Shown: in pieces, positions 38,619 through 48,935 of the stretch
Layout of the letters: each line of letters begins with the position of its first letter
Position numbering within the stretch: position 1 is the stretch's first letter
From: Candidatus Ozemobacteraceae bacterium
Lineage (GTDB): Bacteria > Muiribacteriota > Ozemobacteria > Ozemobacterales > Ozemobacteraceae
NCBI GenBank assembly: GCA_965140445.1
Contig: OZ223236.1
Span: 1,696,001 to 1,760,000, forward strand
Length of the DNA: 64,000 bases
Reading direction: 5' to 3'
The notes under the pieces: generated by a model
Database searches by the model: none
What the model was told of the DNA's origin: nothing
The model's input: the letters and a program-made list of their open reading frames with translations, nothing else
Program-made: the position numbers and the translations under genes

Positions 38619-40232
38619 ATGGCTGATAACAAAGCATTATTCAAAAAAATCAATGAACTTATTGATGGCGTTTATGCATCCACTGATATACAGGGTGCCA
38701 TCACTGAACTTGGTAGAACTCTTGAAATCTGGGATAACATGGTTTTTCAGGGAAAAGAGTTTGAAGCTGATACAATTTTTACTTCTCTTCAAAACTTAAA
38801 AAGTTTTTTTGAAAAAAAAGGTGATGAAACTGTAGCTGATAAAGTATCCAAAGTTATTTTGGAAGTTTTTCCAGAATTATGCTTTCCAGAACTTCCCGCT
38901 GGCCAGCAGCAAATTCATGTTAACACCAAGCCCCTGGAAGATGTTGCTTTCATTCTTAAATTCCGTGGATATCCCGATGAAACTCAGGAGAAATTTCGTC
39001 TTTTCAGAGAAAGGGTTTTTGATGTCCTAAAAAATGTTCCGCTTTTTGTTGAAGAGCTTGACCGTAAAAATTTTAGTGCGACTGGCTCTGGTAATGCTGG
39101 TGAACTATTTAGGAAGTTTATTGAGTCTACAGAACAGCTTCAAAATACAGAATTGATAAACGTCCCGTGGGAAGTTTTATTGCAAATTGCCAATAAATTA
39201 AATAGTGAGAAAAAAGCTTATTTTGCTGCCTATTCACTTGTAAAAGGACTAAATGGAATAAAAAATGTTTTCCCCCCAAATTCTCTAAAAGAAGAACTAA
39301 AAAGAAGTGAAATTTTTTTCCAGAGGAACTATTACTGGGAGCTTATGGATTCTGCTATGGCTACCCAAAGTTATGGGGATGTGGTTTTTTACGTTGACAG
39401 GTTGTTACCGCTTGCAGATAGTGCCGCAGAGCGTAGCAATTTGCTGGTAATTAAAAATAATGCTCTCAAAAAGTCTGAAGGGCTTCCTAAGGGCTGTATT
39501 TTAATAGCTTTATTGCTTTTTTTCGGAGCGCTATTTTTTGCTTCCAAGGTTGCTTCAAACAGGTCAAAAAATAAAACTGGAAATGTTTTTGAAAAGATGG
39601 CTGAAGAGAAGCAGAAGAAAAAAAAGAAGAAAAAGAGTAGGAATGTTCCTTATAGAAAAGGTAAGAAGGCTGTAAAGAAGCCGTCAAAGACAGGCCTGAG
39701 AGAAACGGTTCCTCCACTAAGACCCCATACCAAAAATTTAACTTTGGAAGAAGTTCGTTACGCTGTTTTCCAGAAGCAGAGACTGGACTTTTTGTTAAAA
39801 ATGGATTTGTCACCTGAAGAATATGTAGTTTACAAGAAGCTGGTTGATGAATATAAAAAGCGCTGTGAAATTTACAAATACAATCCCAAAGATCGGGAAA
39901 AAGTTGATTGGGAACTTAAAATTCATATTTTGAGCCTAAAAGAAGACGCTAGAGAAATCTTAAAAGATATTCGAAAAGAGCTTGGAACCGATGAAGAAGA
40001 TGCACAGGAAGATGAAGAAGATTCTGAAAACGACCTTTTATCTACCAGAGATGATGTTGCTGTTGAACAAATTCAGCTAAAGCTCAAAGAACTTGGATTT
40101 TTTGATTCACACATAACAGGTGTGTGGGATGAAGAAACGCGTAAGGCTATTTTAAAATTTAAGATCGAGAAATTTTCAGTGCTTGATGAAAAGTGGGATT
40201 TGGAAACGCAAAAAAAGCTGTTTGGAAAGTAG
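38619..40232 (+). CDS. Single-pass membrane protein with C-terminal peptidoglycan-binding-like domain (paralog B)
   Basis: Colinear with paralog A (TKPL, VPW, GCI-TM, EVRY/F, RC, ETxKKLFGK); IQLKLKELGFFDSHITGVWDEETRKAI. Confidence 0.75.
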   Translation: MADNKALFKKINELIDGVYASTDIQGAITELGRTLEIWDNMVFQGKEFEADTIFTSLQNLKSFFEKKGDETVADKVSKVILEVFPELCFPELPAGQQQIHVNTKPLEDVAFILKFRGYPDETQEKFRLFRERVFDVLKNVPLFVEELDRKNFSATGSGNAGELFRKFIESTEQLQNTELINVPWEVLLQIANKLNSEKKAYFAAYSLVKGLNGIKNVFPPNSLKEELKRSEIFFQRNYYWELMDSAMATQSYGDVVFYVDRLLPLADSAAERSNLLVIKNNALKKSEGLPKGCILIALLLFFGALFFASKVASNRSKNKTGNVFEKMAEEKQKKKKKKKSRNVPYRKGKKAVKKPSKTGLRETVPPLRPHTKNLTLEEVRYAVFQKQRLDFLLKMDLSPEEYVVYKKLVDEYKKRCEIYKYNPKDREKVDWELKIHILSLKEDAREILKDIRKELGTDEEDAQEDEEDSENDLLSTRDDVAVEQIQLKLKELGFFDSHITGVWDEETRKAILKFKIEKFSVLDEKWDLETQKKLFGK

Positions 40233-40374
40233 AAAACGAAGTTTTTACCTTTTTATTTGCAATTTTTTTATCCATGTTTTAAAATCCCATACACAACGGC
40301 TGGTAAAATAAATAGATAAAAATGCCGAAGGAATAGTGTAGACAAGAAAATTAATCACTATGAGGAGTTCCTAT

Positions 40375-40551
40375 ATGGCAGACAATATAGCTACTAACAA
40401 TGAAAGTAAAACAAACTTGACTTTGGTGCACAACGACGCGGAAAATGATGTGAAAAATCCTACACAAAAGAACATGACTGATAGGGTCTGGAACCAGGTT
40501 TTAAAGTCGAGAGAGAATGACAGGGCCAGATACGAAAAGCTTTTCGGGTGA
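40375..40551 (+). CDS. Small hypothetical protein (58 aa)
   Basis: AGGAG SD before ATG 40375; the only sensible ORF in this intergenic region. Confidence 0.65.
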   Translation: MADNIATNNESKTNLTLVHNDAENDVKNPTQKNMTDRVWNQVLKSRENDRARYEKLFG

Positions 40552-40679
40552 TTTTTGATATCCCTATAAATTTAATAGGCAGGGCACACAAATTATAAAA
40601 AATCGTTGACATATTCCCCGGCTTTTAAATAAAATCAAGGGTTATAAATTATAAATGGAATGATTGGGGAATTCAACAG

Positions 40680-42815
40680 ATGAGAAAGCTGCTGCTTTTG
40701 GCGGTTATTTTTTTAGTGCTTTTTGTCTCTACCGTTGGCGCGGCACCGACCAAAAAGATTTTGATTATCTCGGGAGAAGACCAGTCCGTAATGGTCAACT
40801 CCAGACTAAAACCCATACAACTTCGAATTGTAGATTTGAAAGGAAACCCTCTGCAGGGTGAAAGAGTTGATGTTTTAGTTTCTGCAAAGCCTTCGAAAGC
40901 AAAAGACTTTGCTCTTGATCAAAAAATTCTCATTTCTGATGACAGAGGCGAATGTAAGCTTCAGGTTAATCAGATTATGTTTCCGGGAAACTATTCATTC
41001 CTCATTCTGCTTCATTCCAGCCCAGAAACCTACAGAAAATTCTCCTTAAGGATTAACCCGGAATCATGGGTTATGTATCTTGTTTTTGGCTTGGTAGGCG
41101 GCCTCGGAATGTTTCTTTTCGGCATGAAACTTGGTGCGAATGGTTTACAAAAAATAGCCGGAAAGAAAATGAAATCTATCCTTGGGACTTTTACCAACAA
41201 TAGATACCTTGGGGTTTTAACTGGAATAATAGTGACTGCAATAACCCAAAGCAGTTCAGCAACAACAGTTATGCTTGTAGGGTTTGTTAATGCCTCTTTA
41301 ATGACATTAGAGCAAACTTTGGCTGTTATAATGGGCGCTAACATTGGTACTACAATAACAGTCCAGTTAATTGCCTTTGATATTTCACATTATGCATTGC
41401 TAATGGTTGGCGTTGGGTTTCTTCTCACATATTCAAAGAATAAAACCACGGTTTATGCCGGGGACATTATTCTTGGTTTCGGTTTCATTTTTTATGGAAT
41501 GAAGGTTATGAGTGGCTCCATGGCCCCACTTAGAAGTTATCCTGCTTTCAAAGAAATGCTTCTTTCGTTTAGCAGCTATCCAGTAAGTGCAATTATCGGG
41601 TCCATGCTTTTCACTGCTTTGATTCAAAGTAGTGGGGCAACAATCGGTCTTGTTGTTGTTTTTGCAAGTCAAGGTCTGATTACTTTACATTCGTCAGTTC
41701 CTTTGATTCTTGGTGCACACACTGGAACCTGTATTACTGGTTGGATTGCTGCATTAGGTGGTACTTCTGGTGCAAAAAAAACCGCTATGTTGAATGTTAT
41801 TTACAATGTTATTGGAACAATTATATTTTTGCCGTTCCTGTATGACATTTTTAGATTTAGTGATCTCGTGCACTGGAGCACTGCACCTTTTTCAGATTCT
41901 GTAGCCCGAGAAGTTGCAAATGCTCACATGATTTCAGCTACTTTAAAAATGGTAGTAATGTTTCCCTTTTATGATCAGATCCTTAGGTTGACTAACTGGA
42001 TTATTCCTGATGAAACGGGAGATGAAGTTCGCTCAGTTAAGGCTAAATACCTAAGTGAATCTCTTTTGGAGACTCCCGAATTGGCTTTGGGAAATGTTGC
42101 CAGAGAAATTTCGAGAATGGCGGGTCACATAGAGTTCATGATGGAAAAAGTTCCTGCCATGATTTCTTACGGTGATGAAGAAATAATTGCCGAAGTTTCT
42201 TTTCGAGAGGAAAAGGTCGATGCCGCTCAATACCAGATAACAAAATATCTGTCACAGCTTTCAGAGAAAACCCTTACCGAAGAGCAAACCGCCACTATGG
42301 TCAAATATATGCACATTATAAATGATCTTGAAAGCCAGGCAGATTTGATTCACAAGATAATAATTCCGTTTTCCAGAGCAAAGGCAAATCAGGAAATCTG
42401 GTTCTCAGAAGAGGGCTTTAGAGAACTGATGACAATGTTTGATCGAATTAACGAGAACTTTATGTTGGCTATTAACGCCTTTGCTACAAATAACCGTGAA
42501 TTGGCTGAGCGCGTTATGAAGTCAGAAGTTAAATTTGACTTAATGGAAAAAGAGTTTCGAAACCTGCATATGAACAGGGTTTTTAAGCAAAAGGTTCAAT
42601 CGCTTGAGACTTCCACACTCCATTTGGATCTTTTGAGCTGTTTTAAGAGAATTAATACCCATTCAGTTGATGTTGTTAAGGCCATGACTGGTGACTGGTA
42701 TAGTTTAAAGGGTAGCTATTCTGTAGAAGAAGATAGTAAAAAAAATGAAGCTGAAAGTGAAAAGCCAGTATTGGAGCCGTCTTTAAAGGAAGAAGATCCA
42801 AGCGAGGGAGCTTAA
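40680..42815 (+). CDS. Na/Pi cotransporter family protein with PhoU-like C-terminus and an extra exported N-terminal domain
   Basis: Motifs GGLGMFLFGM, QSSSATT, GANIGTT, QSSGAT and GAHTGT; helical PhoU-like tail; signal peptide plus a ~110-aa beta-rich N-terminal domain. Confidence 0.9.
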   Translation: MRKLLLLAVIFLVLFVSTVGAAPTKKILIISGEDQSVMVNSRLKPIQLRIVDLKGNPLQGERVDVLVSAKPSKAKDFALDQKILISDDRGECKLQVNQIMFPGNYSFLILLHSSPETYRKFSLRINPESWVMYLVFGLVGGLGMFLFGMKLGANGLQKIAGKKMKSILGTFTNNRYLGVLTGIIVTAITQSSSATTVMLVGFVNASLMTLEQTLAVIMGANIGTTITVQLIAFDISHYALLMVGVGFLLTYSKNKTTVYAGDIILGFGFIFYGMKVMSGSMAPLRSYPAFKEMLLSFSSYPVSAIIGSMLFTALIQSSGATIGLVVVFASQGLITLHSSVPLILGAHTGTCITGWIAALGGTSGAKKTAMLNVIYNVIGTIIFLPFLYDIFRFSDLVHWSTAPFSDSVAREVANAHMISATLKMVVMFPFYDQILRLTNWIIPDETGDEVRSVKAKYLSESLLETPELALGNVAREISRMAGHIEFMMEKVPAMISYGDEEIIAEVSFREEKVDAAQYQITKYLSQLSEKTLTEEQTATMVKYMHIINDLESQADLIHKIIIPFSRAKANQEIWFSEEGFRELMTMFDRINENFMLAINAFATNNRELAERVMKSEVKFDLMEKEFRNLHMNRVFKQKVQSLETSTLHLDLLSCFKRINTHSVDVVKAMTGDWYSLKGSYSVEEDSKKNEAESEKPVLEPSLKEEDPSEGA

Positions 42816-42888
42816 AATTAAGCCGGTTTAATTGTTTAACCTTTACAGAGAAACTTCTGGAGTTAAGAAAAGGAATTGTTGGGCCATT

Positions 42889-43587
42889 TCACTTTTCTTT
42901 TTTAGAACCGCATTTGCAAATCTTCAAAACCTCATCAGCCTTGCCTCTGCCTTTTAATTCCCCATTCTCTATGAGGAGGATATCCTTGGTCAGCATGTGT
43001 AAGTCTGGCAAGTGGTGACTGACAATTAGCATGGGAATGTGAAAAGTAGATTGTATGGTTTTCAGATACGGAAGAATTGCCTGCCGCATATCATTGTCTA
43101 TTGAAGAAAATGGCTCGTCCAATAAAAGCAGTTCAGGGGAGCAGAGAAGTGCTCTGCCAATGGCTACTCTTTGTTTCTCTCCACCTGAAAGAGAAACAGG
43201 AGATCGATCTAGAAATTTATCCAGTTCGAGCAGCTTTATTACATCATTAAATTCAATTTTTCGTAAGTTCCCCGGAACGAATCTCATACCATATTCAAGA
43301 TTGGCTTTAACTCCAAGGTGATTGAATAAGCGCAAATCCTGAAAAATAATTGCTATACGCCTTTTTTGTGGGGGAATGTTGATATTGCTCTCGCTATCAA
43401 AAAGAATACGATTGTTAAATACTATTTTTCCTGAATTTGGCTTCTGAATGCCGGCTATGGTTTCAAGGGACATAGATTTTCCAGAGCCAGATTTGCCAAA
43501 TAGCCCGGTAATTGATGCTTTTATTGTGCAATCAAGGTTCAATTGAAAATTTTTTCTTTGGCAGGTAAAGGATAATTCAAGATTCAT
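42889..43587 (-). CDS. modC: Molybdate ABC transporter ATP-binding protein
   Basis: Motifs GKSGSGKS, LSGGEKQRVAIGRAL and LLLDEP; follows modB. Short, with no TOBE tail. Confidence 0.88.
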   Translation of the reverse strand: MNLELSFTCQRKNFQLNLDCTIKASITGLFGKSGSGKSMSLETIAGIQKPNSGKIVFNNRILFDSESNINIPPQKRRIAIIFQDLRLFNHLGVKANLEYGMRFVPGNLRKIEFNDVIKLLELDKFLDRSPVSLSGGEKQRVAIGRALLCSPELLLLDEPFSSIDNDMRQAILPYLKTIQSTFHIPMLIVSHHLPDLHMLTKDILLIENGELKGRGKADEVLKICKCGSKKEK

Positions 43588-44272
43588 TGTAATCATCCTT
43601 TCTCTGACGTTCTTTGTTAAAAAGCCATTCTGAAGCAAATAATGCAGCAAAAGAGACGAAAACAGAAAGCATTACCAGCTTCATAGCCTGCGATTCCATT
43701 CCTGGGACCTGCATATAAGAATATATCGCAAGCGGGATAGTTCTTGTTTCGCCTTCAATGTTTCCAGCAAAGGTTATTGTTGCTCCAAATTCCCCAAAAC
43801 TCCTTGCAAAAGAAAGAACTAAGCCGCTTAAAATTCCTGGGAAAGCCTGCGGAATTGTGATTTCAAAAAATGTTCTTGTTTTGGAAGCTCCCAATGTCCA
43901 GGCAGCCTGTTCGAGTTTATAGTCAGCCATTTCAATTGCAACACGAACAGCTCTTGTAAATAGAGGGAAAGAGACTATTGCAGAGGCGATTATTGCAGCA
44001 TACTGAGAAAAAGCTATTCTAATGCCAAGAGTTTTTAAAAAAAAGCTGCCGATAAAACCGTTTGAGCCAAGGAAGAATAATAAAAGGTAGCCTGTTGTAA
44101 CTGGGGGCATAACTAAGGGAAGATGAAGGAAGCCATTTAACAGATTTTTTCCAAAAAAGTTTTTTCTCGCTAAAAGCCAGCCAGTAAAAACAGCTGGAAT
44201 TAGATTTAAAAGTGCGCAAAAACTTGCAACCTTCAGAGAAAGAAATAGCGCATCGAACATGGTGTTTTCCAA
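43577..44272 (-). CDS. modB: Molybdate ABC transporter permease
   Basis: Motifs HLPLVMPPVTTGY and FARSFGEFGATITFAGNIEGETRTIPLAIY. Confidence 0.95.
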   Translation of the reverse strand: MENTMFDALFLSLKVASFCALLNLIPAVFTGWLLARKNFFGKNLLNGFLHLPLVMPPVTTGYLLLFFLGSNGFIGSFFLKTLGIRIAFSQYAAIIASAIVSFPLFTRAVRVAIEMADYKLEQAAWTLGASKTRTFFEITIPQAFPGILSGLVLSFARSFGEFGATITFAGNIEGETRTIPLAIYSYMQVPGMESQAMKLVMLSVFVSFAALFASEWLFNKERQRKDDYNES

Positions 44273-44327
44273 AACTTAGCTCCAAATATGTTCTTTAAAG
44301 AGAATATAACAACTTCGGGTTTTTGTC

Positions 44328-45107
44328 TTAATCTTTTAGTTTTTGGAATCCATAGCTTTCAAGAATTTTTTGAGCTGGTTCTGTTTTGAGGTAATTTAAA
44401 AAGTTTTTGGAGATGTAAGAATCTCCATTGATTATGCAAGCTCCATATTTAATCGGAGAATGTAGCTCTTCTGGAAAAGTGGCAATAACCTTTACTTTTT
44501 TTGAAGCGAGCGCATCTGTCAAATATGAAATTCCAAGTTCCCATTCATTCAATTCTATCATTCTTAATGCTTCTCTAACCGAACTGCATGGAAGGATTCT
44601 ATTGGCAATCAGATGATACCACCCAAGCTTCTTTAGTGCCTCCATGGCGTATTGCCCTGCTGGAACATGTCTGGGGTCACCCATTGCAATTCTTCCGCTA
44701 AAAGCTTTATTAAAAGAGAATGATTTTGTGAAATCTATTTTAATAAAAGAACTTTTATTTAGATTTTGAATAAAAACCAGGCGGTTTTTTGCAAACATTG
44801 CTTTCAGTTCATTTGGCAGCTTTTTTGAGTTAACCGTGTAATCCAACCATTTTATGTTGGCTGAAAGGAAAATATCAGCTGGAGCTCCTGCTTCAATTTG
44901 CCTGGCAAGCTGACCAGACGAAGCAAAGTTGAATTTGAAACTTGCTTTGTTATTTCCCCCAAAATCATTTGCGAGTGCGCGTGTGACTTCCGTTAAGCTA
45001 GCAGCTGCAAAAATAGTCACTTTGGGTTCAGCTTTAATCATGTTGGGCAAAATTATTAAAATAACTAATGCCAAAGCCAGTTTAAAAATGTATTTTATGT
45101 CATTCAT
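44328..45107 (-). CDS. modA: Molybdate ABC transporter substrate-binding protein
   Basis: Motifs FAAASL, FASSGQLARQIEAGAPADIFLSAN and DPRHVPAGQYA. Confidence 0.95.
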   Translation of the reverse strand: MNDIKYIFKLALALVILIILPNMIKAEPKVTIFAAASLTEVTRALANDFGGNNKASFKFNFASSGQLARQIEAGAPADIFLSANIKWLDYTVNSKKLPNELKAMFAKNRLVFIQNLNKSSFIKIDFTKSFSFNKAFSGRIAMGDPRHVPAGQYAMEALKKLGWYHLIANRILPCSSVREALRMIELNEWELGISYLTDALASKKVKVIATFPEELHSPIKYGACIINGDSYISKNFLNYLKTEPAQKILESYGFQKLKD

Positions 45108-45191
45108 TAATGAATATTAATACTACTTTTTGCTACTAAATACAATTTCGTTGGCGTATTATTGTTAAGTTTGAAATTAGAGGTGATAGTA

Positions 45192-45731
45192 ATGAATGAG
45201 AAAGTTTTCAATGGACCAGTAAACAAACTGCGTAGTAAAGAGCGACTTGAAATCCTGGAAGTAGATAAGGTTGTAAAGTGCTGTTTAGAGGGCTTAAATT
45301 CAAGCACTGTTCTTGATATTGGAACGGGAACAGGAGTTTTTGCAGAAGCATTTGAAAAGTCTGGATGTAATGTGTCAGCTATTGATACTAATTCTGATTT
45401 TATGAAGATTGCAAAAGAATTTGCCCCAAAAGCTTTGTTTAAAATTGGTTGTGCAGAAAAATTAGAGTTTGATGACAATTCATTCGACATTGTTTTTATG
45501 GGGCATGTTTTGCATGAAGTTGATAGTTTGCAAGATTCAATCCGAGAAGCCAGGAGAGTTTGTAAAAAGCGTTTTGCAGTATTGGAGTGGCCCAGGAAAG
45601 TTGAAGAAATGGGACCTCCAATAGGGCACCGACTTGATTTGGAAAAGGTTAAAAAAATAGCAGAACTGGAAGGATTTTTGTCGTTCAGAGAAATTTCCCT
45701 AAAAAAACTGGTTTTATGGATTTTTGAGTAA
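45192..45731 (+). CDS. Class I SAM-dependent methyltransferase
   Basis: Motifs VLDIGTGTG, FDDNSFDIV and VLHEV; GAGG SD before ATG 45192. Confidence 0.88.
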   Translation: MNEKVFNGPVNKLRSKERLEILEVDKVVKCCLEGLNSSTVLDIGTGTGVFAEAFEKSGCNVSAIDTNSDFMKIAKEFAPKALFKIGCAEKLEFDDNSFDIVFMGHVLHEVDSLQDSIREARRVCKKRFAVLEWPRKVEEMGPPIGHRLDLEKVKKIAELEGFLSFREISLKKLVLWIFE

Positions 45732-45808
45732 TAACATAGAGAAATGGTCTTAGACTTTTTTTTTGTTTTAGCTGTCTAAGTTTTACCAATTTACTGTTCT
45801 TGGGAGAG

Positions 45809-48295
45809 ATGATGATAGAGAGAAACCTTAAATTAATTTCAATTGTTGTATTTGTTATGTTTGCAGGCTTATTTACTGGATGCAATTTGAATCCTTTTAG
45901 CAACGGTTCAAAGGATTCTGTGGAATTGCCTTCAGCATCATTAATGCCTGCGGGAAGCGCTAATCTAAGGTTTGACGTTAAGTTGCCAGCAAAAGCTAAT
46001 GATGTTTTTCGTGCTCAGAGCACAACTGCCACTCCAACTGTTACATTTACCATAACTGTTGTTAACTCCGGGAATGCCACCTCTACAACTTTTGTTGTCA
46101 AGAAGACTGTCGAGGTTGTAAATGGGGTTGCTTCTGTTACATTCGGTGCTCTTCCGGCCAAACCAATAATTGGAGAGATGACGGTAACAAATGGTAATAT
46201 TGGTGGTATTGCAGACTTTCACGGAGCAATGGATATGATTGCTGGGGACAACGTTTTGACTGTTGTTCCTGTTGGCGTTGGCGATGTTTATGACCGAATA
46301 GCTATTCTTGCAAAAAAAGTTGCTTCCGAGAGATCTCTCGTTCAATCAGCATCCGCTTCTGCTTTAATTTCACATATTAAAACGGTTGTTGAGGGATTGG
46401 ATTTTTCAGATTCAAGCTCTGTCCAAAATGCTTTTAACGCTATGATTGAGAAATTGAACCCTCAAGGTCTTACTTCCATTGTTTTTGATAAAGTTGCTAA
46501 GACATTTAAAGGTTTTTCAAATGGAGCCGAAATTTGGAGTGTGTCACTGAGCAATTTAGTTAACGCCACTGAATTTAATAATCTTGGCGATCTTTCCGGT
46601 TTTGTTCCAACTTTAATTGTTAGACAGGGATTATCTGGTTCAGCGTATGTTTATGGTGAATTTGCAGATTTGAAGCTCGGAGCTTTAATTAAAATTAATA
46701 CAGCAAACGGGGCAAGAATTTCAGGGCTTGCTATTCGCGGTAGTATGCACAAATTTCTTGAAACTTCTGGAAATAACGTTCTTGTTGGTGGCTATGTTAC
46801 ATCTCTTGATGGGCAAGCTAAAGAATGTCCGTTTCTTCTTTCATGGGATACAACACAAAATGCAACATTCTATGAATCTAATAGCAATGCTTTTAAATAC
46901 ATAAAAACTTTTACAATTTATAAAGTTGCTTCAGATGCAGCTAAAAAACCTTCTGTTGTTCAACTTGCTAATCTTGGTAGCCAGGTGATGCTGGGGATTA
47001 AAAAGGCTGATGATTCGTTAGTCTTTAAGAAGTTTGATCCAGCTATTGGCCCCGATACAACAACCTCAGGCACCACTGCTGCCTTTACTCGAACTATTAG
47101 TGGGCTTGCTGTTGACCCTTATATTGAAGGAACAAAGTTTTTCTTCGATGCAAATGATAATGGAAAGTATGACTCTGGTGAACCGGTTTCAACGCCTTCG
47201 GATGCTAATGGAGCTTTCTCGCTGACCGGAGCTGTTACAGATGCTCATGATATTTTTACTCTGCCAGGCGATTTTGGAAAGCACCTTGGTAAGAACTTTC
47301 CTTTCCACATGAGAAGTGGTTTAAAGTTTGCTGATTCATCTGGAAAAGTTATTGTTTCACCTCTTACTAGCGTTGTAAGCTGGGGGATTGAGATTTCAAA
47401 GCTTGTTGAAGTCGTAAACCAGGAATTCTCCAAGGCAGGAATTACCGATAGTCTTTCCCTTGAAGATGTTAAGGGAGATCCTCTTGCGGGACTTGATTCA
47501 ATTAATGCTGCTAGTCTCAAGGATAGTGATTTGAGAAAAATTAGAGCAGTAGTGGCAATTCAGCAATATATTGCAACTTTAAAAAAGCTGGAGAATGGAG
47601 CCTCTGGTGCCTCTTACACATACAAACTTACAGAGACTGAACTTACCAGCGAGCAAAACCGAAATTTACTTAAAGGGTTGGCTGAAATCGTTAAAAATGG
47701 GTGTAATGTTGAATTCATTAGAAATACTTCTACCGCAATTGAGGCTGCTGTAACAAACGCCGTTAACGCTGGAAATGCTCAATTAGCACCATTGGCAGCT
47801 CTAGGAACAAGCTATCAGCTAACCGATTCCCATAAAGCAATTATCAACGATATTTTGCAAGTTAAGGCTATTGATGTTGCTAAAACTTGCGTTTCAATTG
47901 CCGATTATTGTTCCGGAAAAATTGTCGCTCAGGCAGGAACGGTAAATGGTATCGGCAGCCTTAATGAGGCTTTCTTTACTGGTCTGGCAAGCCAGACCAG
48001 TAACGTTATGGTTAAACAACTTGGCCCTCGTTACTATTTTCAGAGATTGAGTCCTGCTTTGGCTCAGTCTTCTCCCCCAAAAACTATAACAGGCTGGAAT
48101 ATCACTAATCCAATTTCTGGCGCGACGATTGACGTGGACAAGATTCTCTGGGAACAGATTAAATCAAATATGGATTTAGGTAACCCAAGCGTTTCTTCTA
48201 TTGGCTCAATTAAGGTTACAGATGTTGGTGGAGCATGGGAAGGCTTTAAGGGAATTGATATTGGCTCTGATGGCTCTTTAACTCCTCTAAAATAA
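45809..48295 (+). CDS. Large hypothetical lipoprotein
   Basis: Lipobox FTGC; internal GLAVDPYIEGTKFFFDANDNGKYDSGEP (SdrD-B-like, DxNxNG-type Ca-binding motif). Confidence 0.75.
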   Translation: MMIERNLKLISIVVFVMFAGLFTGCNLNPFSNGSKDSVELPSASLMPAGSANLRFDVKLPAKANDVFRAQSTTATPTVTFTITVVNSGNATSTTFVVKKTVEVVNGVASVTFGALPAKPIIGEMTVTNGNIGGIADFHGAMDMIAGDNVLTVVPVGVGDVYDRIAILAKKVASERSLVQSASASALISHIKTVVEGLDFSDSSSVQNAFNAMIEKLNPQGLTSIVFDKVAKTFKGFSNGAEIWSVSLSNLVNATEFNNLGDLSGFVPTLIVRQGLSGSAYVYGEFADLKLGALIKINTANGARISGLAIRGSMHKFLETSGNNVLVGGYVTSLDGQAKECPFLLSWDTTQNATFYESNSNAFKYIKTFTIYKVASDAAKKPSVVQLANLGSQVMLGIKKADDSLVFKKFDPAIGPDTTTSGTTAAFTRTISGLAVDPYIEGTKFFFDANDNGKYDSGEPVSTPSDANGAFSLTGAVTDAHDIFTLPGDFGKHLGKNFPFHMRSGLKFADSSGKVIVSPLTSVVSWGIEISKLVEVVNQEFSKAGITDSLSLEDVKGDPLAGLDSINAASLKDSDLRKIRAVVAIQQYIATLKKLENGASGASYTYKLTETELTSEQNRNLLKGLAEIVKNGCNVEFIRNTSTAIEAAVTNAVNAGNAQLAPLAALGTSYQLTDSHKAIINDILQVKAIDVAKTCVSIADYCSGKIVAQAGTVNGIGSLNEAFFTGLASQTSNVMVKQLGPRYYFQRLSPALAQSSPPKTITGWNITNPISGATIDVDKILWEQIKSNMDLGNPSVSSIGSIKVTDVGGAWEGFKGIDIGSDGSLTPLK

Positions 48296-48302
48296 TTAGA
48301 AT

Positions 48303-48345
48303 AAAAAAAATGCGCTCCAAATTTGGGGCGCATTTTTTTATTTTC
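48303..48345 (+). terminator. Intrinsic terminator
   Basis: aaaaaaaatgcgctccaa / ttggggcgcattttttt inverted repeat. Confidence 0.8.
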
Positions 48346-48473
48346 TTGAAAACTCTGCGTTTAAGAGGGGGCTAATTTCAAAACACACACTGTTTGTGGC
48401 AAAGCGCTCTTTTGAAATAAATACTCAATTTGTGCTATAAAATATTATTGAATTTTTCTGTGGAGTTGCTTTT

Positions 48474-48665
48474 ATGAACAGGACCGAAGTTGCAAAGGCT
48501 TTTGATATTCATAGATTTATCGATAAACTTGAAGAAGTTAGTGACATTCAGGATTACTATCGTTTGAATCATTTAAGTGTTGAGCAAAGGGAAGAGCTAT
48601 CCTTGAAAATAGCTGATTCCCTTCTTGATCACCTGGAGGCAATGGGTTTAAAAATAGAAAAGTAG
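48474..48665 (+). CDS. Small hypothetical protein (63 aa)
   Basis: GGAG SD; upstream TTGAAA-N18-TATAAA; helical, protein-like composition. Confidence 0.65.
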   Translation: MNRTEVAKAFDIHRFIDKLEEVSDIQDYYRLNHLSVEQREELSLKIADSLLDHLEAMGLKIEK

Positions 48666-48935
48666 TTGTAAATTTTTGCCTGTTGTCTTCCCCCCACCAT
48701 TTATTGAATTGGGTTACAGAAATTGAAAATGGTGAAAATCGCTGTGGGAAGGGCTGTAAGATAGGTGCAAAATAATTTTTTTTTTTAATCTTCAAAGCCT
48801 TTATTCATCGCTGTTACGAGCTGGTGATTTGCGCGAAAATGGCTCGAAGTACCATAAAAACTTGTTTTTCCTCTTGTGTTCCTTTGGGGATATTTGTATA
48901 ATCAGCTTGACCAAAATTTGTAGGAGGGTTTTTCT

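Noticed and set aside
36751..40232. Genomic island integrated at tRNA-Leu
   Set aside because: No integrase, no duplicated tRNA 3' end seen, and no obvious compositional shift.
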